50,246 nt of DNA, taken from Octopus bimaculoides (lineage: Eukaryota). The position numbers and the translations under genes were made by a program. The stretch is from contig NC_068993.1 in NCBI RefSeq assembly GCF_001194135.2, positions 45,496,708 through 45,546,953 of the forward strand, in the 5' to 3' direction. Below are positions 12,728 to 24,330 of this stretch, in pieces. Each line of letters opens with the position of its first letter. Within the stretch, counting starts at the first letter, position 1. The notes beneath the pieces are model-generated. The model had not been told where the DNA came from, made no database searches, and was given only the letters and a program-made list of their open reading frames with translations.

Positions 12728-13457
12728 AACACACTCACACACATGCATATATATGTATTTATTTATAACACGTAAACATAGAAGTGTATGACTGGGCCAA
12801 CAATTCTGTCCCCAAAGATACCAGCCTACAACATGACTCCACCTTACATACATACATACACCCGTACACACACACACAATCACATGGACTCTATATTATT
12901 TGAGTAGATTATACTGTATATATGTATGGATTTCTCGATTATAGTGAGCTGAACGGGCGTTGTTAACTACATGGAATTGATCTGTACGTAACAGTCTTCA
13001 AATAAACATCGCCATATTCAACGCTAGCAACGTTGTTGCATTATATTATTTCATAAGTTGTTTGATGTTAAAAGGGGTTTATTCAAGTATATAAGTGTTA
13101 TTGTATCGTGTTAATATTGATAGAAGTGACATCAAATGTTTTAAAAGAAGTATTTTTCTACACACTAAATAATGTTTTGCATATAGATTTCTTGATTTGT
13201 AATTTAGAAAACCTTAGATCTAGAAACAACATTTTCCTATGAAAACTATTTACGATCTAAATTATCTGCTATAACTACCTGCCAAAACCTACCAACCTAC
13301 ATATATTCCCATTTACGTACCTTCTTACATTCATACATTCATATACACATAGGTATGTAAATGTGTGTGTGTGTGTGTGTGTATACATATACTTTTACAT
13401 GTGAATATTTATATCTATAGCTCTCTATCTATTTATCTATCCATGTATGTTTTTACA

Positions 13458-13513
<56 letters not shown>

Positions 13514-14013
13514 NNNNNNNNNNNNNNNNNNNNNNNNNNNNNNNNNNNNNNNNNNNNNNNNNNNNNNNNNNNNNNNNNNNNNNNNNNNNNNNNNNNNNNN
13601 NNNNNNNNNNNNNNNNNNNNNNNNNNNNNNNNNNNNNNNNNNNNNNNNNNNNNNNNNNNNNNNNNNNNNNNNNNNNNNNNNNNNNNNNNNNNNNNNNNNN
13701 NNNNNNNNNNNNNNNNNNNNNNNNNNNNNNNNNNNNNNNNNNNNNNNNNNNNNNNNNNNNNNNNNNNNNNNNNNNNNNNNNNNNNNNNNNNNNNNNNNNN
13801 NNNNNNNNNNNNNNNNNNNNNNNNNNNNNNNNNNNNNNNNNNNNNNNNNNNNNNNNNNNNNNNNNNNNNNNNNNNNNNNNNNNNNNNNNNNNNNNNNNNN
13901 NNNNNNNNNNNNNNNNNNNNNNNNNNNNNNNNATATATAGTTAATGATGTGCGAAAAGGCGCTATACAAGTTAGAGCACAATTTTCGCCTGCGTTATGCA
14001 CACATTCTCATAT

Positions 14014-14231
14014 CATGGTTTCAAATTTTGCTACAATGGTAGCCATTTTGGGAGAAGGGGTGTGGCGATTACATCGACTCCAGTGTTCAACTGGTACTTA
14101 ATTTATCGACCCCGAAAGGATGAAAGGTAAAGTCGACCTTGGCGGGATTTGAACTTAGAACGTAGCAACAGACGAAATACCGCTTAAGCATTTGGTCCGA
14201 CTTGCTAACGATCCTGCCAGCTCGCCGCCTT
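14014..14231 (-). mobile_element. SINE family A, near full length
   Basis: The minus strand starts AAGGCGGCGAGCTGGCAGGATCGTTAGC, has B-box-like CTAAGTTCAAATCCC and ends CAAAATTTGAAACCAT. Confidence 0.88.
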
Positions 14232-14346
14232 CATATCCTCATATAATACAGCCTACAAAACGTCATTAATACGGCTCGGCTATAACAGGAAAAAGCATCA
14301 TACATATATGAAAAAAAAACAAGGAAAGCATGAGGTGATATGAATA

Positions 14347-14617
14347 GACACTCCGTCGGTCACGACGACGAGTGTTGCAGTTGATCCGATTAACAACAGA
14401 GCAATCTGCTTCATAGACACGCATACCCTCAACATAATTCTCAAGATGCAACATGACCCTGAATATGGCAAGGTTAGTCTCTTTGAATTACAGGTACAAC
14501 TCATTTTTGTAAGCTGAGTGAAATGAAGTGTCTCGCGCAAGGAAACAAAGAGCCGTGAACAATTCTTACGAGCGATCGTTAGCAGAAATACCCAACCCAT
14601 TCAGCCACGGAAATGCC
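14347..14617 (-). mobile_element. SINE family D copy
   Basis: Reverse match to 8325-8615 (gacactccgtcggtcacgacgacg; caactcatttttg; gtgtctcgcgcaaggaaac). Confidence 0.72.
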
Positions 14618-14937
14618 AGACCCGGGAATTCACAGTGCACAATAAGGCAACACAGCAAAAACAGGGGCAACCTTAGAATCTCTGAGGCCATCCTCATACA
14701 CCAAAAGAAACCTGAGATCAACAATAGAAGGGAGTTACAGGAAGCTAGCTGGTTGCTATACCAACACCTTTCGACGCATGTCCACTCCACACACGCTCAC
14801 ACACACGCACATCGGCAACATTCGTCAATTTCTTGAAATTGAATACAAGGTAAGTCTACATTAATTCATAGTCTTCTTGTGATTTGCCTTGCATTTACTT
14901 CGCATTATTTTAGCCTTACCCACAATCCTTTATGCAA

Positions 14938-15031
<94 letters not shown>

Positions 15032-15327
15032 CCGAAACTTCGAAGTCACAACCGAAGACGATTCTTGTAAATGTATAATAAATTTGTACACTTTTGAATA
15101 GTGTAATTCACTTGAATTTTAAATTGATTTTTACATAACTTTTCATATAAAATCGAACAACGCGCGCGCGCACACACACTCATTTATAAATCTGTACGTA
15201 TATGTATTGACTTGTAAATGTTTATAAATACGCAGGTGTATGTATGGATATTTATATATAAATGCTGTATATGTATGTATACATACATACAAACACACAT
15301 ACACACATATATAGATGCATATATATG

Positions 15328-15406
<79 letters not shown>

Positions 15407-15929
15407 AAGTTGTGCGTCTGCATAATGAATGTATATGATTTTTATGCTGGTGTCCGGAAAGGACTTGCACTAACAAAGATAATTATCTTCTTGAACGATG
15501 TAATTACTCAGCTGAAACGGTGAACGTTATTGAGCAGTATTGAACGGAAGTGCAAAGTTTCCTAATTGACAAACTGCTTCGGGTGTTTACATTACGGATT
15601 TCCTTTGATGGGGTATTGAAACAAATTTTATAGATGCCGGGTACACACATGTGAATTGAAGATGCCAGTACATCTTTAATGTATGTGTTCATATTTTAAA
15701 TTTATTCATTGACTGAAACGTATTAAAAATGAGAAATTTACATATAATTAAGTTTTCGTTACATAGTAAGGAATATAAGGAAAACAGATACACAAATGGC
15801 ACATTCTCGCAAACACATCAGCTCACGTACACAATCACGGACATACATGGCAAAGTACCTGTTTATACGTTATACGTGGTATACATTTGGAGAAACGTCT
15901 AATCTGATTATGTGTACATGTATGTAATA

Positions 15930-16144
15930 CGACGGAGTGCTGAAAAGTTCCTGGCTTTGGGTAAACGTAAATACAGGAGGATCAGTTAATTATGATTTTA
16001 TTCAACATATTTTTCTCTCAGATTCACGCAGTCATTGCAGCTGTCCTTCAGATTTCTAAGCCCTGTAAAAGAACTCGGCAGGTTGGGCCTCTAACCAAGC
16101 CTTTAGTGATACCTTTAAAGCCAGGAACTTTTCAGCAGCCCTCG
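15930..16144. mobile_element. Mariner-type MITE (215 bp) with ~28-bp TIRs and TA TSD
   Basis: Left TA|cgacggagtgctgaaaagttcctggcttt (15930-15958). Right aaagccaggaacttttcagcagccctcg|TA (16117-16144). The inner 21 bp, tgctgaaaagttcctggcttt, are perfectly inverted. Confidence 0.9.
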
Positions 16145-16227
16145 TATTTAATATATGTAGGTGCTGAAATATTCATACATATATATATATGCTTATATAT
16201 GAGTGCATACATGCATTTATATTCGTT

Positions 16228-16380
16228 AGGGCGAGTTACTAGTTGGGACGTTGCATTCATGATTGTAAGATTGTACTTGCCTTTCCTAGAATGGGCGATG
16301 CGTTGTTTTGTTGAGCAAAAATCTTGAGTTCATGTTGCTCCAGTTCACTCTGCTGGTAAAAATGAGAAATCCTGTAACGG
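16228..16380 (+). mobile_element. SINE family D, degenerate 5' part
   Basis: gttgagcaaaaatctt...gttgctccagttcactctgctggtaaaaatgag matches the core of 8325-8615. Confidence 0.55.
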
Positions 16381-16584
16381 ACTGTCTAAATGTCTGAAGA
16401 CTTTTAATCGTTTATGATATACATAAATATATATGTGTTACTGTACGTGTGTGCATGTGTGCGTGTGTGTGAGTATATATATATATATATATATACATAT
16501 ATACCTACATACGCACACATATACATAAACATATTACATTTATAAGAGTGATTGTAGTGATAAATTTGCCAACTTTAATGTTAC

Positions 16585-16750
16585 TGTTGTGTCGACGTCC
16601 CCAGGCGAAGAAGTAGAATCTCCCAAGACATATAAATAGACGTAGTCTGGCCGTGGTAGGTGTGTTGAGTAGCAGTCGAGTAGCAGTTGTGTAGCGGTTG
16701 AGTAGAGATCATCCGAAGGTGCTAGATAGCAGTAGCGTTGACACATAACA
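16585..16750 (+). mobile_element. Solo LTR (166 bp) with 5-bp TSD
   Basis: TG...CA ends with imperfect terminal IR (tgttgtgtcgacg / cgttgacacataaca). Identical GTTAC on both sides (16580-16584, 16751-16755). Internal TATAAAT at 16631. Confidence 0.75.
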
Positions 16751-17009
16751 GTTACAAACGCGAATGCTGATAAAAGACTGTCATAATAGAATTAATAACA
16801 TTACGAGTTACCATAGTGGCACTGATATATTCTAAAGAGTACCGTTAAGCATGCAAATCTAAATATCGCAAATCCAAAAGAACCCGGAAATCAGGCAATG
16901 ATGACGTCATCTAGTTTAATCCAAATTACTTAACCATAACCTATATAAAACTTTGTAAAAGTTATTTGTCACATTGGGGAAAGACTCAGGTCATCCAGTA
17001 AATTATGCA

Positions 17010-17051
<42 letters not shown>

Positions 17052-17053
<2 letters not shown>

Positions 17054-17146
17054 AAGAATAAGTCCTGGGGTCGATTTTCTCGACTAAAGGCGGTGCTCCA
17101 GCATGGCCGCAGTCAGATGACTGAAACAAGTAAAAGAGTAAAAGAG
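17052..17146 (+). mobile_element. 5'-truncated SINE family C tail stub
   Basis: aagaataagtcctggggtcgattttctcgactaaaggcggtgctccagcatggccgcagtcagatgactgaaacaagtaaaagag, lying between (TA)n tracts. Confidence 0.85.
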
Positions 17147-17309
17147 TATATATATACATGTATATGCATGTATGTATTTATGTACATACATATACAGAGA
17201 GACATACATATATATATATATATGTATNNNNNNNNNNNNNNNNNNNNNNNNNNNNNNNNNNNNNNNNNNNNNNNNNNNNNNNNNNNNNNNNNNNNNNNNN
17301 NNNNNNNNN

Positions 17310-17382
<73 letters not shown>

Positions 17383-18146
17383 CATGTATATGTATTTATA
17401 TGTATTTATATATGTGTGTATGTATATGCATACATATATGTATATGCGTGTGTGTGTGTGTGTGTGTGTGACTGTATGTGCGTGTGCGTCTGTGTTAGAA
17501 CGATGGTGACAGCTTTATGTCTTTCTGCTGCCCTGCAGTGTGTTTTTTTCATCTCATTTAACAGAGAAGATATTTGCCTGGTTTTATTGATCTCAGGGAC
17601 AACTATGGTCACAGAATGTCTGTTATACTTGAATGCACGTCATAGCCAGTATCGGTTATAGACTAATTGATATGAATGTAGCTGTTAGATCTCTTCACTT
17701 ATCACATGCTCGTTAAAATCACCCCTTCTACTTTCTCTATAAATTCGAATGCTATTTTCTAAATACATGACGCATCCAACTAACATTGTTGGATAAGTCA
17801 TGTTGGTCAGATTCGTCATCAGTGTATTACCTCACATCTTTGATATCTGATTAAAAGTTTTATCAGAAGATGGTGGATATATGTTGAAGAAGTCTATGAA
17901 TACTTCGTAAATTCTACCGAAAACGCCTGTTTTTTTTTTAACCAGGCTACGCTCCGAGTAAGGAAAACTGTAAAGTTTTGATGGAGATTCCTTGTAGAAG
18001 TTTCTATGTGTCCGCTTAATGATATTTCTCTATTCGTTGGGAAACGGATTCGTTCCTTATGCAGTGTTGATCTTCATGGGAGAGATTTTATTGTTTGACC
18101 TATATATTACTTCAATATTCCGCGCACACATAGATAGATCATATGA

Positions 18147-18202
<56 letters not shown>

Positions 18203-18634
18203 GTCTGTCTGTCTGTCTGTCTATCTGTCTGCCTGTCTGCGTGAGTATGTATATGCATATACATGTACGCACACATAGACATATCTTTTTAATCGGTAAC
18301 AGAACTTCAATTTAAAATCATTTAAAATTTTTATATTAAACTATTTACTCCACAGAATGGCCATTTCGTTTCAGCGAACGTTAATGGATTTTCAATTGTG
18401 AATAACGATGCTATGAATATAATAAGGGGAAACAGCTACGATATACATCAGCTTAAATTACTTTTGATACTTATCAAACAGTACAATGTTCTAATATAGC
18501 TAGAACGGCCAGAAAGAATCTGCATTGGAAGTATAACATATTAACAAAGAAATCTCTCTCTCCGCCATCTACATATATGTGTGTGACTGTATATGCATAT
18601 GTACTATATACATATGTATACATGTATATATAAA

Positions 18635-18685
<51 letters not shown>

Positions 18686-18891
18686 TACACACATATATAT
18701 ATGGATGTATGTATGTATACCTATATATACCTTTAATTAATTATGTAAACAAGATAAATAAATGAATTGTCGGGAGAAAAATAGTCGACTGCATTATATT
18801 CAGGTTTTAACATAAATGCTTTATCAAGTCAACTAATAACAATAATAGCAACAATGACAAAGATAAAAACAACAATAATTATCAATATTGA

Positions 18892-18892
<1 letters not shown>

Positions 18893-18955
<63 letters not shown>

Positions 18956-19110
18956 TATGACCAAAAATGAAGTAGATTGACAAGTTTATTTTTTTAACCT
19001 CTGGAAGGTACGTTAGATGCCGAAATATCGTTCACTTGATTACAATGGCACTCTTCTCTTTTTGGCTTCTGTATACCTACTAGAGGAGTTACCTCAATCC
19101 TATAAAATAT

Positions 19111-19172
<62 letters not shown>

Positions 19173-19186
19173 ATAATAATAATAAT
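18893..19186. repeat. (AAT)n and (ACT)n/(AAT)n trinucleotide microsatellites
   Basis: Direct reading: (AAT)n at ~18893-18955, (ACT)n at ~19110-19171, then (AAT)n to 19186. Confidence 0.95.
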
Positions 19187-20471
19187 CTTCTGTTTATGGA
19201 TGACCTGAAATTGTTTTGGGAAATGTGAAAAACAGATAGATTCCTTAACCAAAACAGTCCAAAAGTGTGGTAGGGACATCGGTATGGAATTTGGGATTAC
19301 CAAATGCTCAGTACATAATTTGAAAAGACGGAAGAAAGCATCCTGCAGAGGATTGCCGTTGCCATCGGGAAAGACCATGGATGAATCTGACGGTAGTGGG
19401 TATAGATATTTACGGATTTTGGAGCTGGATGACATTCTACACAGAGAAATGAAAGTCAATGTGAGGCGTATCAAAATGGGTGAAGATAGTGTTGGAATCC
19501 AATCTGAATGCCAAAAATTTGATTACCGCAATGAATATCTGAGCAGTTGCCCAAATGGACTAAGGAGGTAATATCACCACTGGATAGAAGGACAAGAACG
19601 TTGATGACGCTGCATGGGACACTACACCCTAAAGCAAACGCGAACAGACTGTATATGAAAAGAAATAATGGTAACAGAGGACTAATTAGTGGAGACTATT
19701 CTATTTGATAAAAGGTAATGAAGACTTGCTGCAATATGCCACGAAAGATATGGGTGCAAATACTAATGAAATGATGGGTAAGGAAGAGTTTAACCAAAGA
19801 GCTGAGGAGAAGAGAAAAGAAGACCTTCTTGAAATGAAAATGCATGGACAGTTTGAAAGGAATACACAGGACGTTAAGGATAATACAGCATCGTGGGCAT
19901 GGCTTGAGCGAAGTGATTTGAAGCGTTCCTCCGAAAGCCTGATCATTGCTGCACAAGACCAGGCTCTCGCTACCAATTCAGTGCAGTATAACATCTATAA
20001 AACTTCTGACACCCAGAAATGCAGACTCTGTGGAAAGTGTGTGGAAATGCGACCTCTTTGTAAGTGGCTGTGAAAGCCTTGCACAAAAAGAATACAAGCG
20101 CCGCCACGACACGATAAAGAGTCTGTGTAGCTTCATTGGCACTTAAATACCAATATGAAGTAACAAAGAACTAGTACGAGAATGTACGAAGTAAAATTAT
20201 GCAGGAGGATGGAAATGTAACGATACCTCAAACGAATCGTGTAATCGAACACCATCTGCCGGATATTATCATATTGAGTAAGAGAGACAAATACTGTCAA
20301 ATCATTGATGTAGTCATACTAAATGACATGAATGTTGTGAGTGAAGATGTTGAAAAAATTACCAAGTATCCCGAATTGAAAGTGGAAATGGTAAGATTGT
20401 TTGGAATGTGGGACGGTAATGTAAAAGTAATACCAGTGGTGATCAGAGCGTTGGGGTCATTCCCATTGAAA
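19187..20471 (+). mobile_element. R4/Dong-clade non-LTR retrotransposon, 5'-truncated (RT C-half, CCHC-type finger, REL endonuclease), pseudogenised
   Basis: Translations LLFMDDLKLF-GKCEKQIDSL...DIGMEFGITKC; SWAWLERSDLKRSSESLIIAAQDQAL...KCRLC; SGCESLAQKEYKRRHD; PDIIILSKRDKYCQIIDV...EKITKYPELK...VIPVVIRALG. Confidence 0.93.
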
Positions 20472-20498
20472 CTAACGATTGTGCCAGGTCGCCGCCTT
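20472..20498 (-). mobile_element. SINE family A 5' stub
   Basis: ctaacgattgtgccaggtcgccgcctt versus ctaacgatcctgccagctcgccgcctt at ~14205-14231. Confidence 0.7.
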
Positions 20499-20508
20499 AA
20501 TGATGATG

Positions 20509-20579
<71 letters not shown>
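20499..20579. repeat. (AAT)n microsatellite
   Basis: Direct reading. Confidence 0.98.
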
Positions 20580-20580
<1 letters not shown>

Positions 20581-20650
20581 GGTGCTCCAGCATAGCCGCA
20601 GTCAAATGACCGAAGCAAGTAAAAGAATAAAAAGTGTAAAAGAATAAAAA
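20580..20650 (+). mobile_element. SINE family C tail stub
   Basis: aggtgctccagcatagccgcagtcaaatgaccgaagcaagtaaaagaataaaa matches 17090-17146. Confidence 0.8.
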
Positions 20651-22718
20651 TAATAATTAGTATTTTTGTTGTTGTTATAATTGTAAAAATAACAAATAAT
20701 ATGAAGTTTGTATTAAAATTTGTTATCATCATCTTCGTGGGCCTTGTTAGACTCTTATTAAAATGCGAAAATTAATAATAATTTTTGCAGTTAACTTAGC
20801 TGATTAAAATGAGTTTGCTCTTAAACGAAAAATTTTATCGTAGTTAAGTTGCTTAATAGACAAAATTCAGGTCGTTTGATCAGTATTGTTTACTTGTTTA
20901 TAGATAGTGAAACGAAATTTTATATGAAAACTAGCCTTATTTTAATAAATTCCTGTATATTAACCGTTAGTTGGTAATAAGCCAAATATGTGGCAGAATT
21001 CTCAGAGTCCTGGGAAGATAGACTTGACGTTTTCTCACCGACTGTAGAAAGCCAAATACGAAAATTTGTTTAATGAAGATCATATCAAAGGATCGCATGC
21101 AACTTTCTATCGCTGTTGGCTACAGCGACGTCCTTGCAACATCAGATCATTATTTCTTGCAGAAGATTGGTTGCAATCAAAATAATTGGAGAAAAGCACT
21201 GGGAAGCGAGTAATGGTAGTTGAGACAAGTTGTAAGTGCCCTTATTCAGGAGACGCTTGGGAGTTAGGTGGTGAGATGCCCATGACTCTGAGTTAACCTC
21301 TGAAGATAGAAAAAATATTGCAAACAATGTGATGTCTTTAGTCATCATCAGAAAAACAACCTAAAACTCCTTCAGTTTCTGTTTGGAGCGAAACGTATAT
21401 AATTATTTCCCCTGTAAATCATGTTAAAATACCAGTGGTTGCTTTGAATATAGTGCTGAATTATGCTGGAATGTCTTAAATTTCTTTTATATGCGTGATG
21501 CGGTACGCTCTGCATGGCAACTGAATAATTTTATTACAGGTAATTTCATAGATTTCAGTCATCCAAACCTACACAGTTTTGAATTCCTAACACACGACTT
21601 GGCCTTAGCTGACCTATCCCATTTTAAATAAAAAAAAAAGGCTGAATTGTATTTCAATCTCGACATATGGGTGTCTTGTGAGGTTTGTTTTATTTTATTA
21701 TTGCTTCTAAAAGACTGTGTGAGGGGATTATATCGAAATCTAAACTTATTCAAAATTAAGCCAATATAAGTTTTTAAAGGATCAGTTCCTACCAAATGCA
21801 CGGGGATGTACCCATCTATTGCAACAAATTTAAACTATGCAGTAATGAGGTAATTTTGGAATACAATACAAACTAATTGTCTAATTAAATAGAATCTTCA
21901 AATGTTCACGAAAGTAGGATATTACAGCAAATAAATCTTGATCATAAGCTTAGGTTCAAGAATATTTTTAGCAAGCATTGTATGTTTTGAAGACGAGAGA
22001 TTCCAAATTCTGAAACACTGATTAAAAAAAAAAGACAAAAAAGAGCTATAAAAAACAGGTTTTCATCAGATCAGTTTCTTCATCAATTTTAGTTTAATAA
22101 TTTTCGATAATCGTTCTTGAATTGCCTTGATGTTAATGCCGAAGGCGGGTCTGACAGGAAATGGAGTCCTTTAAAATTTCTAAATTGAAATGCTAATGAA
22201 ATTATTTAGAAGTATCTTGGAAATTAAAGTTTCATATTCAGCAAAATTTCTAAATATGATTGCGACATCTAAAACATGGACAGCCTATTTTTGATGGTGG
22301 CTTTTGTGTAATTTAAAGCTTTTGGGAGATTTAGGTTACAATAGGAGGAAGATTTTCTGCCACAGCGGGTAGTGATCTGTCTTCCTGGTTCATACATATC
22401 GCAAGAGACGGTGTGCTGTGAAAGTGATGTGAGTTCAATTTCTAAAACATTGAGATGACATGTAAAGTTTCGCACGTCGACATACAAATTCATATACACA
22501 TATATCATGTAATTAAATTATTTGTTTAATATTTCTAGCAAGTTGATTTAGAACTAAGAGGAGTCCCTTGTTGACTCATATTGAACTTACTCTCTCATAC
22601 AATATTACCTCTCATAACTCTCTACCATAAAAATGTTGGAAACTTAGTATTTTTTTCAGATATCAATAAAATTTATCGGACCTATTTTCATACCGTCGGC
22701 TGTCGGAGCTTTGGAAAC

Positions 22719-22860
22719 TTAGCGCACACCGACTGCATGAAAAACGATTCGACTAATTTTATTATTACCTTAAAAAATATTAATTCTCCTTTCTAAAACT
22801 GTTTAGCGCATTCCGACTGCATGAAAATAGATTCGACTAATTTTATTATTACCTTAAAAA
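22719..22860. repeat. Direct repeat, ~58 bp x2, period 84
   Basis: ttagcgca..ccgactgcatgaaaa..gattcgactaattttattattaccttaaaaa at 22719-22776 and 22803-22860. Confidence 0.9.
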
Positions 22861-23049
22861 CTACTAAAATATACTAAATTTCAAGCGTCTTTATGGTCAA
22901 ATATGTTTAGAGCAATTCCAAATCATAAAAATCGAACTTTAGAATAGTATTTAGCGACAGTGGTGTAATTTTCTTTCAAACTACGAAAAAGAGTTTAGAC
23001 ACGTACCAGCTACTACATATAATTGTTTGTACAAAATGTAAAGCCCTAT

Positions 23050-23428
23050 GTACATCAAATTGTCTTTAAATTAAGTGGCGGCAGAAGAATTATCGCTGAA
23101 CTTTTAAAAGGTAAGTTTTTTTTGTTACATATGACCAGCTATATGTTGGTTGTTCAAGTGTAGGGAATGGAAACAAGCTATTTGTACTGACCCCGAATGG
23201 GAAGACAAAAATGTTGTTTATCATGCAGCTTTGCAATAAGCTCCAAGATGGCAAAGTATATCATTGTTTTGATGAAAATTCTTCATTGCTTGAAAAACAT
23301 TGTTCAAGTTTAATAAAATTTAACATGTATTCAATGCATGAAGTGTTATTGTTGGGCCCAAAACCCAATGAAGAGCCCTCCACAGGAACTAGCTTAAAAG
23401 CTGCCGTATCGGGTGGCTTGTAAGCTAG
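23050..23428 (+). mobile_element. Helitron 3' fragment: PIF1 helicase C-terminus, 3' region and terminus
   Basis: 23136-23239 gives QLYVGCSSVGNGNKLFVLTPNGKTK-[fs]-VVYHAALQ* (helicase motif VI, QLYVAxSR). Hairpin gctgcc-gtatcg-ggtggc (23400-23417), then CTAG|T at 23425-23429. Confidence 0.75.
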
Positions 23429-23439
23429 TGTATATATTA

Positions 23440-23570
23440 GAAGAGTCATTGAATAGTGAGAGAGGGGTAGAGCATGAGGAATAGTAGAAGAGTCATTGAA
23501 TACTGAGAAAGGGGTAAAGCATGAGGAATGGAAGAAGTGTCATTGAATAGTGAGAGAGAAGGTCGGAGGA
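23440..23570. repeat. 47-bp minisatellite, ~2.7 copies
   Basis: Units start at 23440, 23487 and 23534 (gaagagtcattgaatagtgagagaggggtagagcatgaggaat...). Confidence 0.9.
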
Positions 23571-23621
23571 GTAAAGTTGAAAAAGTGTGACACACTGACA
23601 TTCATTTTCGTATTTATTATT

Positions 23622-23671
<50 letters not shown>

Positions 23672-23714
23672 CAATGAACTTCTTTCAGTTTCCTTCTACA
23701 AAATACACTCACCA

Positions 23715-23829
23715 ATGGGCGGTTAGCTCGGAGTTATTGTAGAAAATATTCAGTATTCCGTTCGGACAGACTAAACCCAAGACCCTTTGATTGGGACGTA
23801 AACGTCTTAACCACACAGCCACTCCTGAG
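23715..23829 (-). mobile_element. SINE family B tRNA-like head fragment
   Basis: The minus strand begins caggagtggctgtgtggttaagacgttt...cttgggtttagtc, like 41431 onward. Confidence 0.6.
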
Positions 23830-24156
23830 TCTAGATGAAGATATGCATGCATCTAGACAAAGCTATTTTGGAGTATAAAGATTTAAGTAGCTGTTGTGAT
23901 ATGAAAATGAGATGCAAACCAGATTATGTTCCTCTTTACGTCTCTTTTTTTCAATTAATGTAACGTAAGTGATTTTATCTCCTAGTGAAAGTATAATTAT
24001 TAGATAAAGACGCATTATTAAAGTTAGTTGATTAACGGATTCTTATGAGAGTCTAAGTGATAGATTAAGCATTAAGTTCTTAATTACAATTTCAAGGATG
24101 GTTACTATGTATGTTAAGAAATTCATTAATTTTAATTCTCTGTAATGTGTCGATAT

Positions 24157-24330
24157 AATAAGGCAGTAAGCTCGCGGAGTTGTTGTATCATCGAACACAA
24201 TGCTAAGTAGCATCTATTCTGGATCTTTACTTTTTGGGTTTCAAATCCAGCCGAGATAACCTTTGCTTCTCATCTCTCCGGATCGCTCAGGTAAAGCACC
24301 AGTAAAATACTGAGGACAATTTAATCGATA
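24157..24330 (+). mobile_element. SINE family A, degenerate
   Basis: aaggcagtaagctcgcggagttgttg...aatgctaagtagcat...tcaaatccagccgagataacctttgc...aatactgaggacaatttaatcga. Confidence 0.6.

Noticed and set aside
15504-15692. Minus ORF with PGIYKICFNT resembling a GOLD-domain strand
   Set aside because: The match is too short, with no convincing splice sites or further motifs.
21000-21360. Complex segment with several 35-45 codon open stretches
   Set aside because: Stops in all frames and no recognisable motif, so it cannot be assigned.
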